Below, piece by piece: positions 63,681-64,000 of a stretch of 64,000 nt of DNA (the stretch's first letter is position 1; each line of letters begins with the position of its first letter). This stretch comes from Naegleria gruberi (taxonomy: Eukaryota), in NCBI GenBank assembly GCA_000004985.1, contig GG738916.1; one strand, written 5' to 3'. Under the pieces are notes generated by a model. The model was not told the DNA's origin and searched no databases. It saw nothing but the letters and a program-made list of their open reading frames with translations. The translations under genes and the position numbers were made by a program.

Positions 63681-64000
63681 TATTTATTTAGTAAAAATTG
63701 TGTAATCGGCAATTTAAATGTGCGAATGACTTTTGTGGCTCAATGGCTTGGTTGACTACCTACCTACGCTTTGGTGTGGCCACAACATGAACCACCTGGA
63801 TTGTTGACTGGGATCCACACTCTTTTCACAACAATTTACTCCCACAACGTGTATCAGAGAAACTAAACTAAAGGTACGAAACTAAACGAAACCAACCTAA
63901 TCATCAAAGTTAACAAGAACATACAATTAGAATAACAAAATCACAATTGTACCATTCCTTTTCAACCAATTATTGATTGTGTTTTTCACAAATTCTTAAA

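Noticed and set aside
1-64000. Interpretation as a prokaryotic operon/defence island or phage region
   Set aside because: Genes contain spliceosomal GT-AG introns and are separated by long AT-rich spacers. The encoded proteins (PP1, CCT5, Paf1, ARF, SSR3, calpain, F-box/LRR) are eukaryotic. No RBS-linked polycistrons are present.

Overview
This window is eukaryotic nuclear DNA. Its composition (about 75-80% A+T, short AT-rich GTAAGT...AG introns, A-rich ATG contexts, poly-Asn/Gln/Ser coding tracts) and gene content point to a dictyostelid social amoeba (Dictyostelium-like) draft scaffold. It carries seven N-gaps. The supplied ORF track uses ATG/TTG/GTG starts and omits ORFs that run off the window edge, so several 'M' starts are artefacts and one edge exon (1..880, minus) is missing from it. 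About 35 protein genes are called on both strands, mostly with 0-3 short introns. The well-conserved calls are: a Fused/STK36-type kinase (tsunami-like), PP1 catalytic subunit (4 exons), an aspartate carbamoyltransferase-like protein, a UBE2W-like E2, calpain-like protease, phospholipase B-like protein, metallophosphoesterase, ADF-H/cofilin-like protein, an ARF-family GTPase, Paf1, TRAP-gamma/SSR3, CCT-epsilon, and a tRNA-Asp(GTC). The accessory content is an expansion of F-box/LRR genes (8 members), a family of four tetraspan membrane-protein genes, and giant secreted NHL-propeller/EGF-array/TM proteins. The F-box/LRR family includes a near-identical direct segmental pair (one copy frameshifted) and a near-identical inverted pair 18 kb apart. 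The tetraspan family has Cys-rich tails and includes a divergently transcribed pair. One NHL/EGF gene has a tandem partial copy upstream with gaps between. Points worth a second look are listed in the findings. I see no bacterial-style defence locus, CRISPR array or recognisable transposon. The repeats I do see are coding tandem EGF repeats, segmental gene duplications, low-complexity codon repeats, and two compositionally odd GC-richer blocks next to assembly gaps.
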